A stretch of DNA of 64,000 bases from Sphyrna mokarran (Eukaryota), in contig JAGIQG010000008.1 of NCBI GenBank assembly GCA_024679065.1, forward strand, positions 36,208,001 to 36,272,000. Reading direction: 5' to 3'. The stretch's first letter is position 1. Each line of letters starts with the position of its first letter. Below are positions 26,186 to 38,923 of this stretch, in pieces. Under the pieces are notes generated by a model that saw nothing but the letters and a program-made list of their open reading frames with translations, did no database searches and had not been told where the DNA came from. Both the position numbers and the translations under genes were made by a program.

Positions 26186-29100
26186 AGGGAGGAAACGACA
26201 GTCTCCTTTAAGAGGCTTTAGAGTAAGACAGATAACATAAGTGGAACTTCTTAGCAATTAAATGGCCATAAGTTTTTACCATAGGTTTTCCTTTTTGTTT
26301 TTATTAGTGATAGATAGTTATGAATGGGCTGCAATCAAATATCCAACTTAACTGTTGCTGCTTTAATGCCAACATGATAACTGGAAGTTAAAAGTAGCTT
26401 GTTAACAGAAAAGAGAAGAATTCTGCTGGAGTCTTGCCCAGAATTGTGGGATTCACACAAAAAAATGCATATGTTTTGTGAAATTTATTGGTTGGACCAA
26501 AGGGTAATTAAATTCCAAGCATAAGGCAATTCAAATTAATTAATTGGGTGGGTAGATTCATCTATTAATGCAGATTTAACAATTGAAATGAATTATGTAT
26601 GCAAGAAAGGATTTAATTGAAGAAGGTTTAGACAGGTATGGCACTATTTTTTGTCACATACTGCATGAGTGTCTTTTAGCTATCAACTGTAACTTGGAAT
26701 TGATTAATTCTTAAGTAAGGATGTGAAAATCTGTAAGATACCTTGGTTTTTTCAGAAGAAAAAGACAGGAATATTAATCAGAATCAACTTCAAGGGACAT
26801 CTGTTCTGATCATAATTACCATCCAATAAATACACAGCATGTTACTATATTTTAAAAAAGGATTTTCCTGATGCTGCCAACCCCTGCAAAGCATCTCCGT
26901 ATTGTCCTGTTACTGTGGCGGACTTGGAGAGTAGCTTTAGTCATACGGTTAGTTACCTCAGTAAATATCTGTTTTAATAAGAATATAATAACCCTGAAAC
27001 AGCTGCACTAGGATTTCATAGTGATTAGTGCCTTCCACTGCCCAAAGAATTCCCCAACCTGATGTCAAGGAGCAGACGACAATGCTCTTTGGAGGAACCA
27101 TTCAACTGCTCATTATTCCTCAAAGGTAAATGGTATATTTGCAACTTACATATGGGCCATGTGAGGTAAGAAATTAACATCCAACTATACAATAAGGTTT
27201 ACCTTTCATGATTTAATATTAATCTTTGAGAAGTCAGCTATCATTAAATGAAAAATACATATTAACTTACTTGTGATACACTGATTACATTCAATAATCA
27301 ATGTTCAAACCTCTGGAGTTCCATGTATTCTATTAACTTCACATTGTATGAAATGATGGTTTTCTGAATGTAGTGACTATATTTGTATTATGAATGTTGG
27401 TGTGCAAGTTTGGAATTCATAATTCCATTTTAAGTGAATTTTAATATCTGGTCTGTCTTATATCCAAAAACCTGTAGAAAACTTTCATAAACAACTGGAT
27501 TGCATTTACCTCAGACTTTCACTAATCTAGATTATGTAAATTTTTTTTTTTAAAACAAAGGTATTGAAAGCTAAACATAATATTTTATGTAGAGCCAACA
27601 TGTTAGTTATAAACCCACAGTAGAGGCAGAGTGACTGTGAGTGGTATTGAAATTCACTTTTAGCAATGAAACGGTAAGTTTTTGTTTCTCTTGGTTTGTA
27701 AACTAGTTCCTGAAATTATGATACAGAAGCTTGGATTCTTCCTAAAAATGTTAAAATCATCTAAATGCAGCTAATTTCTTTGAACTAAAAAGGTTTTAGA
27801 AATAAAATCAATTAGATGGTTGATTTTTATAAAGAAAATGAGAATATGTAATCAACATCTTATGACCAATGCTGCTTGTATGGATATTATTTCAAGCAGT
27901 CCCAAGTACAATTAAAATCTGAAGGCCCAGGAAACTTTGCATATCCCTTGAAACCTTTCCTTACAAAATCTTCAACCTAAAGAACCACTGAGCTGTCTGA
28001 ATGAAACAAATTCTATAAAGGACAGTAAAACCATCTGATGGTAAACTTTGTAAAGGCAACATTGGGACAACTTTGTTTTCATTTGTGATGCCTTATAAAT
28101 TGAATATCAGCTCCTTCATCACCAGTGCAGGTTGTTCTGTTCTAAGTTACTTGCGTTTTTACTGTGGTGCCTTTACAGCAAGCTTACTTTGCAGCATTCA
28201 TTTATCCTAAAATAAGTGTTTGACTCTGCACTTAATCATATAGAATGATTTTTTTTCTAAACCTCCTAAAACAATATTTCATTCAAGTATTTCTGCTTGA
28301 ACTTTAAGCAGAGCAGATAAACCCACAGGAAATATTATGTGGTGTTATTATAGATGGGAACTGAGTGGCAGAAGGAACTGCAACAGGCTATTTAGGATCT
28401 GATGCAGCAAAAAAAATTAAAGGACTCAAGATGAGGGATTGGTGAAGTATCTGCCAGCTTTTCCCGAGCTGTGAAACAAGTGGTTCATCTCCAGCTAGTT
28501 GTGATGAAATTTTCCAACTCTGGTACAAGTGGAAAGGAGTAATATATACCCCAGACCTGATAGAATCCCCACTTTTATGCCTGCTCTATACTTATATGAA
28601 GGATTTGAGATTGAAACCTATGACTCATACATGAAGTGAGTGAATTGTTACCTTTTTACTTGGCCTATACTTGATTTGCATGTACTTTGGGAATTAATGG
28701 TTATAAATAAATAAATCTTATTGCTTTTGCGCTACAGACCATTTAGGTTGGCACAGAGTGTTAAGCTCATACAATGCAAATTGCACACATGGGACTCATC
28801 TGCAGTTTATGGCTTATTAAAATTCGACCTTAAAACAGTTCTGACACCAATCCAAATAATGATTTACTGATTTCCTTACTTCTATGTAAGAAGGTTTGAT
28901 ATCCAGTATCATAATTTCTCCTATTTTCCTTGTACTCCTACTTTCCCTTCACACAGAAAGTAAGTAGAACACTGCTAAGAAATTTCTTCCTCACCTACTT
29001 CAATGTTGATCATTAACTGCCCAGGAGATTTTGAGTAGCACAAAGTGACCTGCCCTCCATTTCTCCCTCTAGAAAGTTCCTTTCCACGTGGTCTAAGATG

Positions 29101-29806
29101 GAGGAATATGAAAGAGTGTTTGTAACAACTGTGCTAGACCACCAGTTTATTTATACAGAGAAAACAGTGGCGTACAAGTCCTAATGGAGAAAGGGCCTAC
29201 CCACAATCTAAAGTATTAATTGTCTCTGCTTCTTACCCATTCCGTAGCTGCTACTAATAAACATTCCAATTCTTTAGAGGAAGAATACAACAGTTTGTAA
29301 TTGGACAAATAGATATGTGCCATTTTTGCTTTTTTAAATTTGAAGACTTGCTCAAGCAACTTTTGCAATGGGTCCATCTTGTTTAGATTGAAATTTTTCT
29401 CATTTATGTTGATGTGCGTGAATTAACATGCAGCAACGGATAGGATTCCAATCCTTACGAGAGCGCCTGATGGTGTAGATGCAGCATAATTTACCTGAGC
29501 AAGTGTTTTTTTCTTTCCCAGTAGATAACCTGATATGACAAGTCTCATGTAGATTTCTTTTTCAATCTTTCAATTAGGAGAAGCTGTAAAAAACATTTAT
29601 TGAATTAAGGGATAAAGTTTCAGAATGAAAACCCCCAGCTTCACCTAAAGGACATCACCGCCCTTTCAATTTTTGCCATATTTTATTTTGGACTGTCTTA
29701 TAATGTAGCCTGGGTAACAATCAAAATTACAACTGTTTATATTTGTGACATACAGATGTAGAATGTGGTAATTAGTTATAGGACCATTTTAAAATTCTCG
29801 TTACAG

Positions 29807-30033
29807 CTGTTCCAATTTGTCATGAAACAAGAATGGAAGCTTTAATAATAGAAGAAAGCTTTGAAGCCCCACGGACTGGTGAAGATGTGAAGAAGCAGAT
29901 GTGTCCATATGCTGCCTTAGGAGAATGTCGATATGGTGTTAATTGTGTGTACCTCCATGGAGATGTGTGTGATATGTGTGGCTTACAGGTTCTTCATCCA
30001 ACTGATGCCTCTCAGAGATCAGACCACATAAAG
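29807..30033 (+). CDS. MKRN1: Makorin-1 coding exon (exon 4 equivalent), C3H zinc finger plus start of the makorin Cys-His motif
   Basis: Acceptor ttacag|CT, phase 1 matching the previous exon. Encodes [36 protein letters not shown]...HIK. Ends at AAG|gcaagt (GC donor). Confidence 0.95.
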
Positions 30034-30168
30034 GCAAGTATCTGAACTGAAAAGAAAGCTATTACGTTGAGTTTAAAATATTTGGATTGATGAAATTTGT
30101 GGTGTTGCAGAATTGAGAGATTTGAAGTGTATTTTATCTATGTCAGCCTTAAGCTGTTTCATTTTTTT

Positions 30169-31053
30169 AAGCTCAGGTGGATGGGATGCTTTATTTTGAC
30201 TGCATGATTGTTCAAGAAATTTCATTATCAAAGACAAAGTGCTTTCCAAGTTGAAAAACACACAAAAAAAGCAAAAATCAAAATCAAATGCTAATTAAGT
30301 TATTCAGTTGCTCGGTACTGTGAATCCCATTCAGTGAATTTATTTTGTGGCCATTTTGCCACTACTTATTCATGCTTAATATTTGATGGCATTAGTAAAT
30401 GAACCATTTCAGTCTGTATTTAAACTTGCTGTCGGTTTGTTTTTATGGAATATATTCATATATAGTAATTATGATCATAAATTACCAAAGTCTGTATTTG
30501 AGTTTAAATTTACTATCTTGGACGTGCCTGCAAGTTGTTTCCTCTCCATATGCCAACCATCTGCCTCCACCCGTAACTTGTGGGGAAAAAAACACCTGTA
30601 ATGCGCAGACTGTAATAACTCTAAATTGCTACTTTTTGGGAGCTGCTGCAACTTTGTGCCACACATTCTTAAATATCAGTACTGTAGTTTCTAATATTAA
30701 AGAATGTTTAAGAAAATAAGTTTATTTGGAGAAAGAGGACTGATTTGAATTACATGCCATTCTTCATTTTCATTTTCCATAAATTACATGAGCTAATAGC
30801 AGGAATAGTCATGAACAAAAGCCTCTTAGGAGTACTTTGAGTATTAAGACATTCCTTTCTCGAGTTTCACAAAGGGTTGATGTGGTTGTCCTTGTCTGGG
30901 ACAAGTATAGCCCATGTGAAGTAGCATTTGTTTTTGATTTTTGCTTTTTGCTTTTTTTGTGTGTTTTTCAACTTGGAGAGCACTTTGTTCAAGAAATTTC
31001 ATTATCAAAGACAATCATGTAGTCAAAATAAAGCATGCCATCCATCTGGGTTT
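30169..31053. repeat. Inverted duplication of ~125 bp (30169-30293 and 30922-31053)
   Basis: The flanking blocks are reverse complements, while a central 22-nt block is in direct orientation. Confidence 0.9.
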
Positions 31054-32323
31054 CAGTTGTGTGAGGCATTCATTTTGCTATCAGTGTGTCTTACTTTTTT
31101 GGGGGCTCCTTATCTCTCAAGGATTCAGTGAAATCCCAGATCTCCTGTTGTTTCGATAAGTTTCTATCAGAATTAAGTTATTCAGTTTTTTAATTAACAA
31201 TGACTTGAGCAATCTTTCCAGAATATGCACATGTCACAGGTGTCATTTGTTTCATTTTGTATAAAATCATTGGGTTTTACAGTCAAAAATAAGAAATTGT
31301 CCAGCTTCACACTCCAACCATTCATTCAGTTATTGTCAGTGATCCTACTTTGTCTTGCTAACTGTTAAGCTACCCTGATTTTAATCATCATCAGAACTTT
31401 TCCTTTTTTCCTCTGTGTGAGAGTGAGAGTTAAAACAGGAATCTATGCTGCAAGTTTCAGCTGTGTCTGAATATCTCCCCTTGTTAACTTCAGAAAAGAT
31501 ACCTTAAACATGATGTTCTCTGAAATTTCTTATCTTTCAATTGCTGCCTTTCCAGTGGACTGATTCCTCACAAGATACCAACCAGAAATATGAGGGTATT
31601 AACAGATCATAACTTGCAGTCTGATATTAGCCCTGTATACCAAGAATAAAGGAAGCTTTCACTTTGATTTGATGTGCCCAATATGAGTGTTCTCTCACAT
31701 TCAAATATGCAGTTCAAATTACAACATTCATCACTATATCTGACATTGGTAATGAATATATCCCTGTAGATTTAGGGTCATATACAGAGTAGATCCAATA
31801 TACTAAATTCCACTGGAGATCTGGTCACCCCAACCTGTTCGGTGCTTTGTCCCGAACAGCTAGTCTTGTTCAACTACTGTTAAATATTTAGTTCAATATG
31901 GCTGTTCACGATATAAGAAATACAAAGGAGCTTGTTTGCAAGTCTTGAGGAAGACAGTTTGATTAAAGTATGTCGAATAAATTGAAGTTCTGTACGTTTG
32001 GTACAGCACATGCTATGATTCCCTTCTAGGAGTCAGTGACATGAATGAAGTACAAGAAAAATTGAGCAAATTTGATTATTACTGTTTTTAGCTATTTCAT
32101 CTTTTACAGCCATAATCATTTCAATTTTTAAAATCATTGCATTATTTTTAGCATTTCTAATAGGGAGAGTCGTTTGACAATATTTGAGTAATGGAACCCT
32201 TCTGTTCTAATAATGTGATTTCCAATAATTTAATTTGACTTGATAAATTTGAGAAGTGCAAATCCAACTGAACTAATTAAATTGCAACATTAGTACATTT
32301 TTCTGCTGTGTTCTTTATCCCAG

Positions 32324-32538
32324 GCTTGCATTGAGGCTCATGAAAAAGACATGGAGCTATCTTTTGCCATTCAACGTAGTAAGGATATCATATGTGGCAT
32401 CTGCATGGAAGTAATATATGAGAAAACGAATGCAAGTGAGCGACGTTTTGGAATCCTGTCCAATTGCAGTCATACCTACTGTCTCAATTGCATTCGAAAG
32501 TGGAGGAGTGCCAAGCAATTTGAGAACAAGATTGTAAA
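32324..32538 (+). CDS. MKRN1: Makorin-1 coding exon (exon 5 equivalent), most of the C3HC4 RING domain
   Basis: Acceptor tttatcccag|GCT. Encodes [34 protein letters not shown]...[24 protein letters not shown]. Donor AA|gtaagt. Confidence 0.97.
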
Positions 32539-32545
32539 GTAAGTC

Positions 32546-32768
32546 ATTAAAACCAAAATACTGTAGAAGCTGGAAATTTAAAATTCACAGGCCTGGCAAC
32601 ATGTGTGGAAAGAGGAACAGCGTTAATGTTTTGAGTTGCATATGACTTCTATTACTCTTCTATCTCTTTGAGTCTGAAGAAATGTCCTATTTGACTCAAA
32701 ACATTAGCTCTGTCTCTCTACAGATGCTGCCAAACCTGCTGAGAATTTCCAACACTTTGTTTTATTTC
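32546..32768. mobile_element. Miniature fold-back element (family B) directly after the exon-5 donor
   Basis: Inverted arms and a degenerate CTGAAGA...AAAACATT motif. Flanks TGTAAAGTAAGTC (32533-32545) and TGTGAAGTATGTC (32769-32781). Confidence 0.75.
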
Positions 32769-33809
32769 TGTGAAGTATGTCTTTTGACCCTAGTTTGTAG
32801 AAACGTGTATTTATTTTGCTGTTTACAATGCATAAAATACATTGTAGTTCCTTTATTTTAGGGTTTAATTTGTTAGAAAATTGTTTTGCTCTTTAAGACC
32901 ATTTTTCATTCATTTTGGAATTGGGATAACATCCCTTTGCTAAAGTTTAATATTGAAAGAAAATAAATTGTCTCCCAGTACCAGAACAATAACTGTATTT
33001 TTTACTTTGTTAAATATGCTTAGCTGTGCCAATATAGTGTTACTGAATTGGGGTCAGTTGCGAAGTTTGTTTTGAGAGTTTATGAATCTATAATTGATGT
33101 TGATGGTAAATTGCTTGTGAATATCTAGTGATACCCGGATTCATGAAAGGTGTCTGACAACTTTTTGAGAGCATCATCTTCACCCACAGAGAACTTAGAT
33201 CTTGTTTTACATGGGCTTGCATTAGTTTTTTGCAGTCTTGAAATAAATAGTTTTTCCTTTTCTCTTTCTTTTAGCGTGAGAGAGCTCTATACTTTGGTGG
33301 TTGCTTTAACTTTTTTATTTTGATGTGCAGATGGGATAATTATAAATCGACAGGTTGAATGGCAGCCTTCTGTGTTGTAGCATTCTATAATTCTGTGAAA
33401 TCTGTTCCTAAAACTTTAGTATTGACTTTGGGCACAAAATGTTTAGATCCAAAGTTGTCTTCAACACCAAATGGTTCCCGTAAAAGTTAGAAATATTTAA
33501 TTATTGCTTACAGCCATTAAATGCTATGTGTTTAGGACAGAGGACATCTGCCGGTCTAATGCAGATGTGTCAGTGATAATGTAGCCCCTCAATGCTTTAT
33601 GCTCTGTGCTTTAAATTCACTTCTACAATAAGTCACAACAGAATCTCTTTCTCCCCTCTCTTTTTACATGATAATTTGTTTTAGGATGCTGAATGAACAA
33701 AGATCATATTTATATGCATGATATGTGTAGAGACTTTGCTCTTTGATTTTTATATGTGACCTGACACAAACTTGATTCTTCTGTTTGGTTGGTGTTCAAT
33801 TTCAAAATC

Positions 33810-34410
33810 CATAGAGTTTTACAGCACAGGGAGAGGCTCTCTGGCCCATCCTGTTTGTGTTGGTTATCCAACACCAATCTATTCTAATCCCGTTTTCCTA
33901 CACTTGGTCTGTAGCCTTGTAAGATATGGTGTTTCAAGCGCTCATCTAAATGTTGAGAGAGTTCCTGTCTCTACCAGATTCCAGATTCCCACCACCAGCT
34001 GGGTGAAAAGATTTTTTCCTCAAATCCTGCTCCTTACTTTAAAGCCATACCCCCTGATTATTGACTCCTCTAAGGGAAAAGTTTTTTCCTCTCTACGTTC
34101 TTCATTTTGTACACTTCCATGAGATCCCTGTTCAGCCTTCTGTGCTCTAAGGAAAACAACCCCAGCCTAACCAGCCTCACTTCATAGCTGAAACGTTTCA
34201 GCCCTGGCAACATCTTGGTGCATCTCTACACATTCTTTCCAGTGCAATTACATCCTTCCTATAGTGCAGTGACCAGAACTGCACACACTAGTCTAGCTTT
34301 TTAATGAGCATTTTATGCAACTCCATCATAACTTCCCTGTTCTTGTATTCTATGCCTCTGCTAATAAAGCAAGTATCCCATATGTCTTAACTACTTTATC
34401 TACCTGTCCT
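33810..34410 (-). mobile_element. CR1 3' fragment
   Basis: ctaaggaaaacaaccccagcc, ggcaacatcttggt and gaccagaactgcacac; tail at catagagtttacagcacagg. Confidence 0.8.
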
Positions 34411-36972
34411 AGCACAGTCTTGCTATAGGTCTTTGCCAAAGGAATATGATCTTGTCTGGAGAACTTGTAATGTATTTCTTTATGACAGTATATGTGTTAT
34501 GACCTTATTTTCAGGCTTAAAAGACTTAAATTTGCGTCCTCTATGAGGACAATCTGATTTCTCGTATAACCATACAATATCTTTTTAATTCACGTAATCA
34601 TTGCTAACAAGCAAAATTGCTAACTGCATGTTTGCAATTATCTACTGAAAAATACAATGCAGTTAGTCCATTGGCAGTCAGGCGATTGCGTTTTTGCAGC
34701 TAGAATCTCTGTTTCATCCTGACTTCTCATAGCAGCATTAAATTAAGCTACACTAAAAATTATTTCAGCTAGATGGGATATAGATCATTGTATAGAAGTG
34801 AGAATTATTTTATATTGAGAAATAATTTGTTGCAACAATGTTTTGGGGAAAGAATGGAAATGTTTCACTGTGGCTAGGGTACAATTAAACGTTACTCATT
34901 TCCTTGGTGTTAAATAATGGCTATATCTAATACATAAGTAATTTGCAGACGAGCTTTTAAAAGTAATATTTCTGTAGGTCAAAATTTATATGTAAAACTG
35001 ACTCAAAATTATCACAATACTTCCTGTCCATCTTTCTGGATACTCCATGATAAACCTCTCCAATCAGTTTATGTCCAAACCAGGTATCAAAGAGCTCTCA
35101 TCAAAGACACAAATGGTTACTTATGTATCTGACCAAAGTAAACTACCCCTTATCAACCTCCCTGAAGCCTTTAGCACAATTGGTCACCCTATCCTCCTCC
35201 AGCTCACTTTGGCATTTGCCAGCCTCATTCACTCGTCTAGTTGTGGTATCACAATCAGTTAGTTCTCTTGTCATTCACTTGCAGCCATCTCTGTTGTCTG
35301 CCAAGGGCTATCCATATAACCATAATTTAAAGTATTTAAAGTTAAAGTTTAAAATTTTTATTTATACAATGCAAAGGGAGGCTGATTGGACCATTGAGGC
35401 TGCAAGCCATTCCTCATCCTATCCTGTGCACTACTTAACCTACACATCTTTGGTCACTAAAGCGAACCATTAGCATGGCCAGTCCACCTGACCTGCACAT
35501 CTTTGGACTTGACTCTCTCCTATTTCTCATCTAGATGCTGCTTCTTGTCAACGTCATCCAAAAATGTCAGTATGATGATGGCATCGAGTTAGAGCTCAGT
35601 TCCGTGCCGCCAACCCACCGTTGCCGCCAAATCATCAGACTGCTTATCTTACATCCAGTAACAGATGCGTAGAAATTTTCTTAAGCTAAATTCGGGAAGA
35701 ACTGAAGCCACAGTCTTAGGTCCCTTCCAAAAACTGCACTTTCTTTCCCTACAACTGTTGCCTGACCAGACTTTTTATTCATAGGATGTTGGTGTCACTG
35801 GCTAGGCCAGCACTTACTGCCTATTCCTAATTGCCTTTGACTGGTTGCAATCTTCTTTTGTATTTGACCCTGAGATTAGCTTTCAACCATGTATCTGCAT
35901 TCTCAGTCTAATCCGCCTGTTTTCACCTCAGGAACATCGAGCATAGCCCCGTCTCAGTTCATCCGTTGCTGAAACCTTCATCTCTCTAAATTTGACGAAC
36001 CTAACAGACGCCTCCCACATTTAGCCCTTTGAGGTGGAAACAGAGATGAGTTCTAAAATAATTGATAATCGGATGAACAATATTATGATTGATTACCAAT
36101 GGTAACTTGGGAAAATTTGCTAGATTAAAAGAGAAATGTGCCAAATCCTGCTAAGATATGTCCTGGGATGTTGAGGAAGAAAACCGCTGAACTGCTAGAA
36201 ATTATATTTCCAGATCTGTTGAGTTTGGACGCTAGAAGACTGACCATTGTAATACATTTTTTTTAAAAAGAGAAACACAACCAATCTGAAGAATTCTAGG
36301 CTAATTATTTATCTTAACACCTATGCTAGGGAAATTTTACAGTCTTTAAGGTTGGAATGATCAGATATCTCAATGAAGAAAACAGTTGGTGGCCAGTTCA
36401 GATTTTAAAAGAAGCAATTGCACTTTGTCAAACCTCGGTTATTGGAGGAGATATCAGATTTAGTAGATGGGGGCAATATGAAACACCTAAATTTGAGGGA
36501 AAATTCTCACAAAATTAATAAGTGGTATAGAATTAGAAGAGGGAGGATAACAGACTTTAAATTTGATTTAAAGTGTGATAATCTAAAGTAGGAATTAGGG
36601 GCAATTTATCAGACTGCTTAGAAGTGGGAAATGCCATTCCATAGCATCTGGAGAAGCTTTTGCTCGTGATGATATCAGTGATTTTTATAAAACCCCACCC
36701 AAGTAGAGTGGTGCTGGGATTTTTAGATGAAATCAAAATAACAAGAAGCTGCAGAGGACTAACCGTTGACAAATAAATTCAATGCCAGTAAGCACTAGGT
36801 AAAATATTTTGGTTTTTCTATGAGATTGGGATTTGAGGGTAAAGCACAGGACTTGAAAAATAGCACTTTGGGTAAATAAGGCTCTGGTTGGGAAAAACTA
36901 ATGCAATTCTAGCTTTTATCACAGAGATATAGAATGTAAAAGTTAAGAGAATAATAAGCCAATATAAACCTT

Positions 36973-37030
36973 TAAGACCTATATTCTATAACTATAACTA
37001 TTCTATAACTATAACTAAGACCTATAACTG
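36973..37030. repeat. Short tandem duplications at a CR1 5' junction
   Basis: (ttctataactataacta)x2 bracketed by two copies of taagacctata. Confidence 0.75.
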
Positions 37031-37584
37031 TACAAAACTCTAGTGCGGCCGCACTTGGAGTATTGTGTGCAGTTCTGGTCCCCACGTTATAAGAAAGATG
37101 TGGAGGCATTGGAGAGGGTACAGAGGAGGTTTACCAGGATGTTGCCTGGTATGGAGGGCAGGTCCTATGAAGAGAGGTTGAAGGATTTGAGGTTGTTTTC
37201 GTTAGAAAGGAGGCAGCTAAGAGGGGATGTTATTGAAGCATATAAGATGATTAGAGGTTTAGATAGGGTGGACAGTGATAGCCTTTTTCCTAGGATGGAG
37301 AAAGCTAGCACGAGGGGACACAGCTTTAAATTAAGGGGTATGAGTTATAGGACGGATATCAGAGGTAGGTTCTTTACTCAAAGAGTGATTAGGGAGTGGA
37401 ATGCCCTGCCTGCAGCTGTTGTAGATGCGCCAAGTTTGGTGGCGTTTAAGAGGTTAATTGATAAGTATATGGAAGAGAAGGGAATGGTTTAGTTTGGAGG
37501 AGCATTGCTTTTTATTTTGGTCGGCACAACATCGAAGGCCGAAGGGCCTGTTCTGTGCTGTAATGTTCTATGTTCTATGTTCTA
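37027..37584 (+). mobile_element. Young CR1 3' fragment
   Basis: 149-aa ORF RPHLEYC...WNALP and tail tgttctatgttctatgttcta. Confidence 0.93.
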
Positions 37585-37619
37585 TTCCGTTAGGTGATCT
37601 ATGTTCACCTATTTTCTGA

Positions 37620-37747
37620 TTCGGTGCATGGGCTATGCTAAATTCTCCCTCAATGTACTCGCACAGGCATCGGACTGTGGCGATTAGGGGATTTTCACAG
37701 TAATTTCATTGCATTAAGCCTACTTGTGGTACTACTAAATAAACTTT
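37620..37747 (+). mobile_element. SINE 3' fragment
   Basis: gctaaattctccctc...tgtggcgattaggggattttcacagtaatttcattgca...taagcctacttgtg...aataaac, a recurrent shark SINE tail. Confidence 0.55.
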
Positions 37748-38884
37748 AAGAAAATAGTTATTGACTTCATACTACAGAAAAGATGTTGAAGTTTTTGGAC
37801 AGGGTTCAATGCAGATTTACTGGGATGCCATCTGGCATGAAGGAAAACAGATATAGAGGAAATAGAGTTTATTTTATTAATTGATAAAAAAGAGTTGCTT
37901 AAAATTAGTAAAGGATGGGACAGCATGGATAAAAGTAAAACACTGTTGAGCAGTTTTGGACTTAGAACAACAGTCTTCACTCTGGAGTTCTGAACTTGGA
38001 ATTTACTTTCAGGGTTAATTGTTGATGAAAAAACTGTGTCAATTGTCCAGATTAGATTGAGTAGGCAGATACCTGGATATGGATAATGGGGCAATTAATG
38101 TGATTAAGCTTGTGTATTCACATGAATGACAATGAATGCTGGTGTTGACTGTTTGGATTGAATGGCTTGTTTGTGTTGCACATTCTATGTATTTTTGATT
38201 TTGTGGGTGAGGTATGGGGGGGCTGCAGTTACTTGAGAACTATATCCAAGCATCATTTAAAAGTATTACAATCCCAGTGATGAAATTATAAACCAAATTT
38301 ACTGAATGACTTCCAAATTAAGAAATTACCAGCAAGATTCTACTTTTTGTAGTTTTCATATTAACACAAATTGGGACCAAAACAAATTGTGTATCAATGA
38401 ACAAGCAAATTAATACAGTAATTTTCACTTTACAACAAAGGTATGTCTTAACAATCACAGGCATTCACATCACTCCTTGCACAAATGTGGTACTACATAG
38501 TTACACAGTTCCATAATATTTTGTCCTTTATCTGTTAACTGCTTTCACTTTTGAGTTTTATAGGTACAATTATCATCAGCAAGACACACTTCTACAAACC
38601 CATTCTCCATCAGATTAGCTTTTCTGAATTCCTTTCCAACTGACATTCTTCCATAACATCCTGCTCTATAATTTGGCCTCGGCTGGGGAAATCACCCAGT
38701 TCTCAGCATCTCCAAACTCTTCTCATAGCTTTCCAGATTTTTAGCAAAGCTCGGACAGTACTCCCAAGAGCCCCTGTCTCCCTTTCTGCTGATGTAGAGA
38801 TGCCGGTGTTGGACTGGGCTAGTAAGAACTCAGTAAGAATCTAGCAACACCAATTTTAAATCCAACCGATTTATTTGATAGTAA

Positions 38885-38923
38885 ATTTGCGAGCTTTCAA
38901 CACTCTGTCTTCGTCAGGCAAAC
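38885..38923 (-). ncRNA. Minimal hammerhead ribozyme motif (other PLE arm)
   Basis: Reverse complement reads GTTTGC-CTGACGA-A-GACAGAGTGTT-GAAA-GCTC-GCAAAT. Confidence 0.75.

Larger units (their letters stand above)
36040..38190 (+). mobile_element. Very old CR1, split by a younger CR1 and a SINE
   Basis: Degenerate CR1 motifs before 36980 and resuming at ~37765 (tactacagaaaagatgttgaag = YYRKDVE), with the tail attgaatggcttg. Confidence 0.6.
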
